A stretch of 64,000 nt of DNA from Myxococcota bacterium (GCA_041687695.1 JAWLBL010000029.1:52258-116257); one strand, 5' to 3'. Shown: positions 50,286 to 60,432, numbered from the stretch's first letter. The notes: a model not told the origin generated them from the letters alone. A program made the numbers and translations.

Positions 50286-51932
50286 ATGCGCCCGCCTGCC
50301 CCAGAGCCGCCCGGCTACGTTCGACGGCGCCCGGAAGAGGTGCCCCTCCACCAGGTCGTCGCCGCCCACCTCGCCGAATTCCTCGAGCAGGCCGAGGCGG
50401 CCGGTGGCCTGCCGGCCTTCGTCGAGCGCACCCTGCGCGGCTACCTGGACTGCGGAATCCTCTCCAAAGGATTCGTGCGGGTCTGGTGCGACTCCTGCCG
50501 CGACGATATGCTGGTCGCGTTCTCGTGCAAGGGCCGGGGTGTCTGCCCCTCGTGTGGTGGGCGGAGGATGGCCGATGGGGCCGCGCACCTGGTCGACGAG
50601 GTCTTCCCCGAGGTTCAAGTTCGGCAATGGGTCTTGACCTTCCCTTACTGGCTCCGCGCCAAACTCGCCTACGACGCGCAGCTCCGCAGCGACGTGCTCG
50701 CGTTGTTCGTCGGGACGGTCCAGGCCTTCTACCACCAGGCCGGCCGTGCTTGCGGAGCCCCGGACGGCCGAACCGGCTCGGTGACGGCGATCCAGCGCTT
50801 CGGCTCGGCCCTCAACCTCAACCTGCACTTCCACACCCTCTTCCTCGACGGGGTCTTCTACCGCCCCCGCCCAGGCCGGCCGCTGAAGTTCCGCGAGCTA
50901 TCGCGCCTGACCGACGCGGACATCGGTCGCGTCCTCGCCTGTTTCCAGCGTCGCCTCTCGCGCCTGCTGAGGCGACGCGGTCTCCTCGATGCCGACCCGA
51001 CGCCCGAGGACCACGACGCCTCACCGCCCGACGCCATGGAGCAGCTTGCCCTCGCCAGCATGGCCAACCGACAGGTCGACGCCGTGGCCGAGGACGAGGA
51101 CCCGACACCTCAGCCTCCCATCGCCGGCACCAGACCGCCGCCCCCGCCGCTGTGCGTTCGCACGCAAGGGTTCTCGCTCCACGCCGCCACCGTCGCGCCG
51201 CGCAACCGACGAGGAGCGCTCGAAGCGCTCTGCCGTTACATTCTCAGACCCGCCATCACCCTCGACCGGGTCCGCTGGCGCGAGGACGGTCAGGTCGAGC
51301 TGACGCTCCCGCGTCCCTGGCGACGCGGACCCGCCAGCCAGCCATCCTATGTCACACGGCTGGTCATGGCGCCGCTCACCTTCCTCGGCCGCCTCGTCCC
51401 TCTCATCCCCGCCCCGCGCACCAACGACATCCGATACCACGGCGTCTTCGCACCCAACGCGCCCTGGCGCCGCGAGGTGACCTCGCTCGCCCCTGGTCGG
51501 CGAGAGATACCTTGCGCCGGCGGGCCTGCGCCTGGGCACGACCCGGCCTCGGCTCCAGCCTCGGCCCAAGGGTCCGACGCCGCCTCCGACCCGGCCTCGG
51601 CTCCGGCCTCCGAGCCGGCGACGCCCGAAGCGTCGTCCGCCCCGTCCTCGGCTTCGAGTTCCGACGCGGCGTCCGCCTCAGCCCCGGCCCCGAACCTCTG
51701 CGCTCGCCGGGCTCCCCGCAAACAGCGCCGCAGCTGGGCCGAGCTGATGCGCCGCACCTTCGGCATCGACGTCCTGACCTGCGCCCACTGCGGCACCCGC
51801 CGCGCCGTGCTGGCGACGGTGACCTGCCCCATGGGCGCCAAGGCCATCCTCGAGCACCTGGGCCTACCCTCCAGCCCTCCGACTCCGCCCCCGCAGCGAG
51901 CGCCACCACAGGACTGGCTGGACCTCCCGTGA
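50286..51932 (+). mobile_element. IS91/ISCR-like rolling-circle (HUH) transposase
   Basis: Zn domain YLDCG..CDSC..VAFSCKGRGVCPSCG, RQWVLT, QRFGSALNLNLHFH (HUH), GFSLHA, LCRYILRP, RYHGVFAP and C-terminal CAHCG. Confidence 0.9.
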
Positions 51933-52388
51933 CGACAGCTCAGGGTGCGCCCGAGGTCCACGCGCCCGCACGCCAACCGATTGGCATCACTGCTGAATCG
52001 ATGGGCTCGCTAGAGTCGAACGCAGCGGTGCGTCCGGAGCCCGGCAGTTCGCTGGTGACGCGGGGGGCGGAAGTAGGCATAATGTCGGTTATCGGTCCTA
52101 TGGGCTATCGGTCCTATGGGCTGGGGACTCTGACGAAGAGGATGATGATGAAGTTCCTGAGCCAAAGCCAGGAGATCCCGAAACGCCTGGTTCTCCGTGT
52201 GCGTTCGGTTGTGGTAGTCCTGACCCCAAACCGTCGTATTTAAGCTGTCTGAATTCGTACGTCAAGTGTCAGGATTCGGCGCAACCCTTCTACTGTCCTC
52301 CGATTTGTCAAACATGCTTTGATTATTGCAAGTCTCCTGACGACTACCTACCAGAAGTCTGCTACAAGTGCGGCTTTTGAGGTGCGAG

Positions 52389-53393
52389 ATGAGTGATAGT
52401 GGACGATCACGATGTGTCTTGAATGTGGCCTTCGACATGCTCGATACGATCGGGCTGGTGTCCGGGGTGGAGAACCTCGTCGACGTTAGAGATGATGTTC
52501 TTAGTGGTAAGTGTCACGTTGATCCAATTGAACATGCTCGGTTGCGGAGAGCGCATTGGGGAATTACGCCGAATGCAATCCAGCTTTCGCCGAGTACTGA
52601 GCTGACGATTTGGACAACACGGAAATGGTCGTCCTTGGTTAAAGTTTGGCAGATTTCGCATCAAGCAACTGGTCTACTCGAACGACTTCGAGTTCACTTT
52701 CTCGGCTCCCCGAGCGGACCCTACCCGATTGTCACACGTGATCTACAGCATTTCGAAATTCCAAACCCAAACGCTGAATCGCCGGTATCCTCACTGCGTA
52801 ACATTGAGGCAACACATAGCAAAGGAAGAGGGATCGGCAAAACGAGGATAGCGCAGTGGGCCAATTTGTGGAAAGCGTTTTGCTCTGGAGAGCCAACTGA
52901 CTTCTTCCAAGCTTGCCAGAAGCCCATGCGGGATTTTCCGGAGCTCTCGGCCATCGGATTGCTTCAAGCATCTGTGTTCCCTCGGATTGTGGCTGGGCAT
53001 CTCCTGCTGTCGCGTTTTGACGAGTTGCTCTTGAGGGCGATCGCCGATGACTTCAGAACCCCTGCAACTGTATTTGTTGAAGGCTGGCAGTCCGAACTCC
53101 AGCCATGGCTGGCGACCTTTTCCGATGCCCATCTTGCCAAGCGCCTCGCTTCGTGGGCTAGTTTTCGTAATGGCGAGTTTGTTGAACGTAGGCAGGAGCA
53201 TAGTGACGAACGTCGAGTGATGACGAGTCATGCGTATCGACTTCGCCGAGATTCATCGGGTCTATTGCGATCGGCCGAAATTGGCTCCGCGCCACGTTTG
53301 GATTTCGGAGGAGCAGTAGCTTATGACCCCGAAAAACCATACGTATGCGAGGTCGACTCCAAGGGCAATCTCCGATTGCGTCTGCTGGAATGA
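52389..53393 (+). CDS. Low-GC hypothetical protein (possibly DUF1835-like)
   Basis: Long ORF with foreign codon use; D.LS.G and LWKAFCS..P resemble DUF1835 proteins (tentative). Confidence 0.55.
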   Translation: MSDSGRSRCVLNVAFDMLDTIGLVSGVENLVDVRDDVLSGKCHVDPIEHARLRRAHWGITPNAIQLSPSTELTIWTTRKWSSLVKVWQISHQATGLLERLRVHFLGSPSGPYPIVTRDLQHFEIPNPNAESPVSSLRNIEATHSKGRGIGKTRIAQWANLWKAFCSGEPTDFFQACQKPMRDFPELSAIGLLQASVFPRIVAGHLLLSRFDELLLRAIADDFRTPATVFVEGWQSELQPWLATFSDAHLAKRLASWASFRNGEFVERRQEHSDERRVMTSHAYRLRRDSSGLLRSAEIGSAPRLDFGGAVAYDPEKPYVCEVDSKGNLRLRLLE

Positions 53394-53988
53394 CTCGTTC
53401 TTGATATAGAATGAGCTAGATGTTGCGCTGTCTTAAGTGTCCATCAACTAGCCAGCGGCGATTGTCGAAAAGAGCTGAGCATCGGTCAGCCCGAGCGTGA
53501 ACAGCATTCTGTTTCAACTCGGAAACGGATGTAATTGAGATGGCGAGCGGCTCGACCGGTCTGTCATGCCGTGAAGACGCTCAGCGTAAGCCCGCCCCTT
53601 TCAGTATTCGCATTCTGGGCGGAGGGCCTGGATTCGATCAGTCAAATGCTGGTAAGCAGCGGGAGTCTGCTTCTCGGTGACCCATCAGCGAAGCCGGAAT
53701 ATAGCGATGGACCTGCGTGACGTTGTCTTGGGCTCTGTTTCCTACGGGAAACAGAGTGGAGCATCGAGAACGCATCGAAATTCACTGTTCCTAAATTTGG
53801 GCGAGCATGAGCCGGGCGACGACACCGTGTGGGATCCTTGCGCAGTGCCTCGAGTTGACCTAAGAATCATCTGCGCAGCGCGGTCGCTTAGGTGTATTTG
53901 GGGGGGGGCTTTTGTGGTATAATATGTCGCGGGTTGGAAGCGGAAGTCCCGCTTGTATCCAGCGTGGGGAGTTGAGTACCGATAAGGA

Positions 53989-54399
53989 TTGGAGGTGTTG
54001 GTAGTGCCGGAAGAGACAGTTGTCGTTAAACGGAAGGATCCGAGAACCGTTGTAGTGCGACGTGCGAACACCTACAACATGGATCGCGACTTCCCGATGC
54101 GCAACGCTGAGAGACTGGCGCAGCTGATTGCCGAGTCACGAACTGGCGATCAGGTGCAGACTATGGGCAACGAGGGGTTCGCACACTATTTCGCGGGCAT
54201 TGTGACGCAGGAGCTGTATGGGCCATGGCCTGCGGGTCTACCTGGCGGACCCCCAACACCGAACCTCAACAAAACTTGCCCAGCCTTTGGTAAGCCCGAC
54301 GGGACGCTACCTCCTCCAGTACTTCCTCCAGGTTGTTGTGACATCCAAGTGTCTGGTGATTGCCCAACCACTGCCGAAGCTCAGGGGCCACGTCCGTAA
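53989..54399 (+). CDS. Low-GC ORF fragment running into a repeat end
   Basis: No clear start; the stop codon is supplied by the repeat. Confidence 0.3.
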   Translation: MEVLVVPEETVVVKRKDPRTVVVRRANTYNMDRDFPMRNAERLAQLIAESRTGDQVQTMGNEGFAHYFAGIVTQELYGPWPAGLPGGPPTPNLNKTCPAFGKPDGTLPPPVLPPGCCDIQVSGDCPTTAEAQGPRP

Positions 54400-54664
54400 A
54401 AGTTAAATTGCTCCTATCGGGGACACCTCGGCGCGGTTGACAGCCCGGTTTGAGTTGGGCACCGTCGGCTCAAAGCTCAGGGGCCACGTCCGTAAAAGTT
54501 AAATTGCTCCTATCGGGGACACCTCGGCGCGGTTGACAGCCCGGTTTGAGTTGGGCACCGTCGGCTCAAAGCTCAGGGGCCACGTCCGTAAAAGTCAAAT
54601 TGCTCCTATCGGGGACACCTCGGCGCGGTTGACAGCCCGGTTTGAGTTGGGCACCGTCGGCTCA
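54377..54664 (+). repeat. 96-bp tandem repeat x3 (left end plus promoter of the mini-RAYT element)
   Basis: Units start at 54377, 54473 and 54569; each has the 31-bp end and TTGACA-N17-CACCGT. Confidence 0.92.
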
Positions 54665-55083
54665 TGGCGAGGCCACTGCGGATCACCGGGGCCGGGCTCG
54701 TGCACCACATCATGAATCGTGGGACGGCGCGGCGGGACATCCTCGAGGACGACAAGGAGCGGCTCGACTTCTTGGAGGCCTCAACCGTCCCCCGCCGAGC
54801 TACCCTCATCCTCTGCGTCGAGCTCACGGCCGCCTCCGGCCGCGAAATCGCCGCCAGCATCGCTCCGATGGCCAGCCACTACCGCAAGCTCGCCTCGACC
54901 GACCCAGAGCTACAGTCCATCATCGACTCGGTGCGAACCAGGCTTCGCCACGGACCGGAGAGCACCTCATGACGGCCTCACGCCCGCCTGGCGTCAGCAG
55001 CGCCCCTTCAACACGCCTGCTTCGAGGCGACCGCCAGGCGTCTCGCACGGCAAGCAATTTGACTTTTACGGACGTGGCCCCTG
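54574..55083 (+). mobile_element. 510-bp non-autonomous RAYT-like element, copy 1, with perfect 31-bp terminal inverted repeats
   Basis: caggggccacgtccgtaaaagtcaaattgct at 54574..54604 and its reverse complement at 55053..55083. Confidence 0.85.
54664..54972 (+). CDS. Internally deleted Y1/RAYT-like transposase (102 aa), copy 1
   Basis: MARPLRI...HHIMNRG..RRDI..DD.ER..FLE N-terminus joined in frame to a helical C-terminus; HUH motif and catalytic region absent. Confidence 0.75.
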   Translation: MARPLRITGAGLVHHIMNRGTARRDILEDDKERLDFLEASTVPRRATLILCVELTAASGREIAASIAPMASHYRKLASTDPELQSIIDSVRTRLRHGPESTS

Positions 55084-55139
55084 GGTTTCCAAAGTGCGAA
55101 CGGTTCGGGTGAATGCAGGCCTAGATATTGGGGGACAGA

Positions 55140-56102
55140 ATGCGGTGGGAAGGTGCTGGTTCGATCAATGTGACCGGGCCGATTAGCTTGGCGGCCCAGG
55201 CAAGTGAAGTCCAAAGTGGGATGCGATTGGTGATAGCATGTCATGACGCAGTCTACTTCATGGACGATGATCTGCAGATCGTCAACACGCTGCGGCTTCG
55301 GCCTACTGCGCATTCTCTACGTGTCGTGACCGACCCTTCGTACGGTACCCTCATCTTAGGCCTATCACGTCACAACAAGAAGGTTTGTGTTTGGGACGGT
55401 CGGGGGGAGGTGGTGTTCAGTTGGTCCCGCCCCTGGCGTCGAGTTGTCGACGCCTTTTGGCTATCAGGCAGCGGCTTAAGCCGCACTTTAGTAGTTGGGA
55501 CGGGGTTCCTTGGCGGGGGCATTTATGTTCTGAACCTTGGCCAAGGGACCGAGTGGAGCGCTTTGACCGGTTGCCTCGGAACGATACTTGCTCTCTCCTG
55601 CATCCCAGATACTCCTGAACAGCCTGCACGCATTGTAGCTTGTGACCGCCATGGTCGCTTGCTTCTTTTTAGTGCATCTGGCGAGCAGATCACAGCCATT
55701 GGAAAACCATTCGAAGTGGCATACTTTAGCTGCGCCATTGCGACGACAGGTTTTGGTGGCGCGGTTCAGATACTTGCGGCGGATCACGTTAACCGCACCT
55801 TGTCCGGTTTTGATCTAGACGGAAAAACTCGTTGGCGACGTCAGGTGTCGGATGATGCGATTCGTTCTCGAGGGAGGTTCGCCACAAGCCTCCTTTTGGA
55901 GGACGGACAATTCTACTGGATCGTCCGGTCAGGGGTGAACGAATTGCTGGTGTGCGATTGCTCTGGCGAAGTCGTCTCTTCTTTCGCTTCTGGTGACGCG
56001 ATTGACGATTTCGCTGCAATTCCCAACTCGGACCTGCCCTTCGGGTGGGGTCTTGCAGTCTTGTCAGGAGGCCTCGTACGTCAGCATGCTCTTCGAGCAT
56101 AG
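55140..56102 (+). CDS. Low-GC hypothetical protein, beta-propeller-like
   Basis: Long ORF between two mini elements, with foreign codon use. Confidence 0.55.
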   Translation: MRWEGAGSINVTGPISLAAQASEVQSGMRLVIACHDAVYFMDDDLQIVNTLRLRPTAHSLRVVTDPSYGTLILGLSRHNKKVCVWDGRGEVVFSWSRPWRRVVDAFWLSGSGLSRTLVVGTGFLGGGIYVLNLGQGTEWSALTGCLGTILALSCIPDTPEQPARIVACDRHGRLLLFSASGEQITAIGKPFEVAYFSCAIATTGFGGAVQILAADHVNRTLSGFDLDGKTRWRRQVSDDAIRSRGRFATSLLLEDGQFYWIVRSGVNELLVCDCSGEVVSSFASGDAIDDFAAIPNSDLPFGWGLAVLSGGLVRQHALRA

Positions 56103-56112
56103 CACACGTATG

Positions 56113-56233
56113 AAGCTCAGGGGCCACGTCCGTAAAAGTTAAGTTGCTCCTATCGGGGACACCTCGGCGCGGTTGACAGCCCGGTTTGAGTTGGGCACCG
56201 TCGGCTCATGGCGAGGCCACTGCGGATCACCGA
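56113..56233 (+). repeat. Partial duplicate of the mini-RAYT left end (through MARPLRIT)
   Basis: Same sequence as 54569..54688, with minor changes. Confidence 0.9.
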
Positions 56234-56238
56234 AAGCT

Positions 56239-56748
56239 CAGGGGCCACGTCCGTAAAAGTTAAATTGCTCCTATCGGGGACACCTCGGCGCGGTTGACAG
56301 CCCGGTTTGAGGTGGGCACCGTCGGCTCATGGCGGGGCCACTGCGGATCACCGGGGCCGGGCTCGTGCACCACATCATGAATCGTGGGACGGCGCGGCGG
56401 GACATCTTCGAGGACGACAAGGAGCGGCTCGACTTCTTGGAGGCCTCAACCGTCCCCCGCCGAGCTACCCTCATCCTCTGCGTCGAGCTCACGGCCGCCT
56501 CCGGCCGCGAAATCGCCGCCAGCATCGCTCCGATGGCCAGCCACTACCGCAAGCTCGCCTCGACCGACCCAGAGCTACAGTCCATCATCGACTCGGTGCG
56601 AACCAGGCTTCGCCACGGACCGGAGAGCACCTCATGACGGCCTCACGCCCGCCTGGCGTCAGCAGCGCCCCTTCAACACGCCTGCTTCGAGGCGACCGCC
56701 AGGCGTCTCGCACGGCAAGCAATTTAACTTTTACGGACGTGGCCCCTG
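56239..56748 (+). mobile_element. 510-bp non-autonomous RAYT-like element, copy 2
   Basis: Inverted repeats at 56239..56269 and 56718..56748; nearly identical to copy 1. Confidence 0.85.
56329..56637 (+). CDS. Internally deleted Y1/RAYT-like transposase, copy 2
   Basis: Differs from copy 1 at two residues. Confidence 0.75.
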   Translation: MAGPLRITGAGLVHHIMNRGTARRDIFEDDKERLDFLEASTVPRRATLILCVELTAASGREIAASIAPMASHYRKLASTDPELQSIIDSVRTRLRHGPESTS

Positions 56749-56867
56749 GGTTTCGGGTTTCGGTAAGGGAGTCGTGGCTCGAGCGGGCGTCCCCTCGGAG
56801 CATGGGTTGCGCTGGGCTGGCCCTCGCTTGGGATTGACAAGCGGCCGCGCAGGCGGGAGAAACGGCC

Positions 56868-57878
56868 ATGCGCTGCACACACCGCCTCGGATTTCTCGTC
56901 GCCCTCGCCCTCCTGGCGGCCCCCGCGATTGCGGCGCCGCCCAAGCCGCCGGCGGCCTATTCGGCCGAGCTGGCCGCCGGGCGAAAGCTCACCGCCGCTG
57001 GACAACACTCCGAGGCCATCGCGGCCCTCGACCGCGCGCTGGCCGTCGTCCCCGGAGACGCCCGCGCTTTGGCGGCCCGTGGCTACGCGCGCCTTCTCAG
57101 CGTCGGGGACGGCGCCCTGGGTCAGGACCAGCTCGCCGCGCTCGATCTGGCCGAGCGCGACCTGAAGGCCGCCCTCGAAGCCAGCGCCGGGCCGGACAAC
57201 GAGAAGCTGCACAAAGCCATTCAGCACAACCTGGGCCTGGTCACCAAGCGCCGCGGCGTCGCGCCAGCCGTCGAGGGCGCCTGCACCGTCACCTTCGAGC
57301 GCCTGCCCCCGGGCGAGCGCTTGGCGACCTGGAGGCAGGTCGGCGCGCACCTGCATGCGAAAGCTGAAATCACCTGGGACTCCTCGGACATGGCGACCGA
57401 GGACGCCGCCCGCGCGCGCCTGTGCCGAGAGCAATTTCGCGGCGGCGACCCGTGCTCGACAACCAAGCCGAGCGCGGCGGTCCTCTACGACGGCGACTAC
57501 ATGGTCCTCGCCCTCTACGCGCCGAACGCCAAGGGCGTCCTGACCCACGTCCTGCTCACCAGCAGCCGCGAGTACCAGTGCGCGCCCGAGGGCTCGGTGT
57601 CCGTCACGCCGCTAGGCGACCTCGTCCGCGTAGAGGCGTACCTGACCGCGCCGCGCATCCATGGTGAGGACTCGGAAGGCAACCCCTGCACGGTCGATGT
57701 CGACGACGAGTGCCGGCCCAGCTGCTCGGAGGGCTCGGACACCGAGTCGCGAGACCTGCTCGTCAACCCGACCACGGGCGCCATCGTGCGCGTCGTGTCG
57801 CGCCAGAAGGCGCCCAGCGTCCGCGCCACGGGCACGCGGGTCGAGGCGCCCGGCTGCGCGGCGATCGACGTCCGCTGA
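56868..57878 (+). CDS. Secreted TPR-containing Cys-rich protein
   Basis: Signal peptide; TPR-like EAIAALDRALAVVPGDARALAARGYA and HNLGLV. Confidence 0.7.
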   Translation: MRCTHRLGFLVALALLAAPAIAAPPKPPAAYSAELAAGRKLTAAGQHSEAIAALDRALAVVPGDARALAARGYARLLSVGDGALGQDQLAALDLAERDLKAALEASAGPDNEKLHKAIQHNLGLVTKRRGVAPAVEGACTVTFERLPPGERLATWRQVGAHLHAKAEITWDSSDMATEDAARARLCREQFRGGDPCSTTKPSAAVLYDGDYMVLALYAPNAKGVLTHVLLTSSREYQCAPEGSVSVTPLGDLVRVEAYLTAPRIHGEDSEGNPCTVDVDDECRPSCSEGSDTESRDLLVNPTTGAIVRVVSRQKAPSVRATGTRVEAPGCAAIDVR

Positions 57879-58040
57879 CGCGCTCGACACGTCCTCCGGG
57901 GGTGGGTCTCCGGGGCGATTTGCCGAAGGGCAGCGAGAGCGGACGGAGTGGGTTGAAGGTCGGCTGCGGCTGGAGGGCAGACCCTGGCGATGGGTGCGGG
58001 GGAGGCCCTTGCCGGCAGGAGGGGCGGCCGATACCCTGGG

Positions 58041-58175
58041 AGCTCAGGGGCCACGTCCGGAAAGTTAAATTGCTCCTGCCGTGGACAGCTCGGCGTGTCC
58101 CAGGGAGCAATTCAAGTCCGGTCAAGTCCCGAGCTCAGGGGCCACGTCCGAGAGCTCGAGAGCTCAGGGGCCACG
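58041..58175 (+). repeat. Three progressively truncated AGCTCAGGGGCCACG ends
   Basis: Copies at 58041, 58132 and 58161; the first folds back on an internal gggagcaatt. Confidence 0.85.
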
Positions 58176-58182
58176 CGGGATA

Positions 58183-58263
58183 GGGGTCAGGTCGTTTCAT
58201 ATTTCACTTTGTCTCAGCTTCACGTGGCCACTTGGAATATGTAATGTGTAACGGCCTGACCCC
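58183..58263 (+). repeat. 81-bp AT-rich palindromic element GGGGTCAGG...CCTGACCCC, copy 1
   Basis: 14-bp terminal inverted repeat with one mismatch; inverted homologues at 60433 and 62081. Confidence 0.9.
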
Positions 58264-58403
58264 TGGCGCTTGGTCCGGGGTTCCGCGGCGAGCGCAGGTC
58301 GAGCAGTTTTACAATCAGGTATCTGACCCCTTTGCCCGTAGGTGGCGGCGAGCCGGTTGGTTCCGGCTCGCCTGAGACGAGCCCACCTGGACGCAACGAG
58401 CGC

Positions 58404-59087
58404 CTACTCGGTCTCGGACGGTGCGAGCTCGTCTTCCTTCTCGTGATGCTCGTGCGCCTCCTCGGGGCCGGGCCGCATCACGACGAGCACCAGCAGCCCG
58501 AGGGCCAGGATCACGCAGATGTTGACGAGAAGGAGCAAGAACCCGCCGATCCCGCGCCCGGGATCGCCGGCATAGGCGGCGATCCCACCGGCGGCCGCCG
58601 CTGGGACGAGCGCGATCGAGGCGACGATGCCGATCAGCGTGTCCTGCTTGCGCTTGATCACGGCGACGGTGCCCGCCATTCCGGCGGCGACCGCGGCGAG
58701 GACGCTGTACCAGCCGGTCCGGACGCGCTCCTCGAGCAGCGGCTGCGCGACCAGGTTCATGGTGTCCGGGATCAGACCGGTGATGTTGCAGAACCAGGTT
58801 GTCGCGATCGCCGCGACGATCGCGAGCCCGACGCCGGCAAACAGCGCGAGCAGCGCCCGACCCGCGGCCCCGGGATAACCGCCGGCCAGGCTGAACGAGA
58901 TCGCGGCGAGAGGAGGGTATGCCGGTGCCACGATCATCGCGCCGAGCAGCAGCGGGATCGAGTCGGTCAGGAACGCGACCGCGGCGAGCACGCCGGACAG
59001 CGCCATGAACATGTAGTACGCGGAGTCGACCTTCGCGTCGGAGATCACGCTGCGGACGAGGCCCGGATCGACGAGTGGGCGAGTCAC
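58404..59087 (-). CDS. DUF389-family membrane protein
   Basis: LLLGAMIVAP and IGIVASIALVP motifs; multiple TM helices. Confidence 0.85.
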   Translation of the reverse strand: MTRPLVDPGLVRSVISDAKVDSAYYMFMALSGVLAAVAFLTDSIPLLLGAMIVAPAYPPLAAISFSLAGGYPGAAGRALLALFAGVGLAIVAAIATTWFCNITGLIPDTMNLVAQPLLEERVRTGWYSVLAAVAAGMAGTVAVIKRKQDTLIGIVASIALVPAAAAGGIAAYAGDPGRGIGGFLLLLVNICVILALGLLVLVVMRPGPEEAHEHHEKEDELAPSETE

Positions 59088-60163
59088 GGCGACCTCTCCT
59101 GCTGGACGACCCGCAATGCGCTGACGTAGATGTCGTGGGCCCGCAGCTCGCGGGCGTCCTCGGGTGACAGCATCAACAGATCCTCGATCTCCTGGACACT
59201 GCGCAGGCGCCGGACCACGCCATAGATCCGGATGATGTCATCGGCCCGGATCACGGTCGCGGTCTCCAGCTGCCGCTGGGTGAGCTCGCCGAACAGGGCG
59301 ACCAGCACGCTGTCGCGCTCGTCACCGACGATGAACACATGGTCACCGAGGACGCGGAGCACGCGGACCTGGTCGAGCACGACATCGCGCCCTCGCAGCG
59401 CGTCGCGGTCGGCGACCTCCGCGAGCTGAGCAATCGAGGTGATCACGCGCGGCACCGACGGCTGTTCCGGTGGCGGGGTCGGGCTGGGCTCGCGATCCGC
59501 GGTCGGGCTGGGCTCGCGGTACGGGGTCGGGCTGGGCTCGCGGTACGGGGTCGGGCTGGGCTCGCGGTCCGGGGTCGGGCTGCGCTCGCGCTCCGGGGTC
59601 GGGCTGGGCTCGCGCTCCGGGCTCGGGCTGCGCTCGCGGTCCGGGATCGGCAAAGGCGCGACGTGCAGCGCGCTGACGTAGATCTCATGCTCTCGTAGCT
59701 TCGCGGCCTCACCAGGGTCGAGCAAGTCCTCGTTCGCGATCTCCGCGATCACGCGAAGCTGCCGGACCACGCCGTAGATCCGGAGGCGCTGGCCTTCCTC
59801 GAGCGTGACCGCGCGATCGAGCTGGCGGCCGGTCAGCTCGCCGAACAGGACCACCGGCACGGTCTCATCATCGTGTCGGAGCAGGAAGACCCGCTCTCCC
59901 AGAACCTCGGCGACGACGACGTCTGCGAGAATGACGTCGCGCCCGACCAGGTTGCCCGCGAACCGCTCGGCCACCATCTCGGCCACCGAGGTGATAGCGC
60001 GCAGGTGGGTGAACATGCCGGGCTGTCCGATGACCGCGCGAGTGCTGCTGATCGATTGCGCCCCAGTGACGAGCGCGGCGACCAGGCCCAGCAGGCCGAA
60101 GGCCATGGCTGCGACCTGCCATGGCTTCGGATCGGTTCGTTTGGTGCGGGGATCCAGCTTCAC
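59084..60163 (-). CDS. Membrane-anchored protein with a duplicated OB-fold-like domain and a Pro-rich repeat linker
   Basis: Two copies of ITS.A....GRDV.L..V.V..VLG..VF...LFGELT.RQL...RIYGVVR.LR...IYVSAL; start uncertain. Confidence 0.65.
   Translation of the reverse strand: MKLDPRTKRTDPKPWQVAAMAFGLLGLVAALVTGAQSISSTRAVIGQPGMFTHLRAITSVAEMVAERFAGNLVGRDVILADVVVAEVLGERVFLLRHDDETVPVVLFGELTGRQLDRAVTLEEGQRLRIYGVVRQLRVIAEIANEDLLDPGEAAKLREHEIYVSALHVAPLPIPDRERSPSPEREPSPTPERERSPTPDREPSPTPYREPSPTPYREPSPTADREPSPTPPPEQPSVPRVITSIAQLAEVADRDALRGRDVVLDQVRVLRVLGDHVFIVGDERDSVLVALFGELTQRQLETATVIRADDIIRIYGVVRRLRSVQEIEDLLMLSPEDARELRAHDIYVSALRVVQQERSP
59475..59642 (-). repeat. In-frame 24-bp tandem repeat x7 (REPSPTPx)
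   Basis: ggggtcgggctgggctcgcg.... units. Confidence 0.9.
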
Positions 60164-60432
60164 TTCCTGGTCTCCAGGCAGCTTGGGTTCCAGCGTGCAG
60201 GGGGACCGAACCAGCACAGGCGAAGGCGGCCAAGCCTGACGTTCTCCGCGATGTAGGCCTTGCGGTGCGTCAGGAGCTCGGCCACGTCACGTGGTCAGGA
60301 TAGCGGCGCGGCCGGCAGTGGATAGGTTCCGGTCCGATCGAGAGCTCATCATCAGAGTTGGCAGAAGCTCTGGACGGTGTCGATGAAGAGGGCGAGCGCG
60401 TCGGCGCCGAGCGTCGCGTCGTAGGAGGGCTT

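Noticed and set aside
54377..54664. CRISPR array
   Set aside because: The units are contiguous 96-bp copies with no unique spacers, and there are no cas genes.
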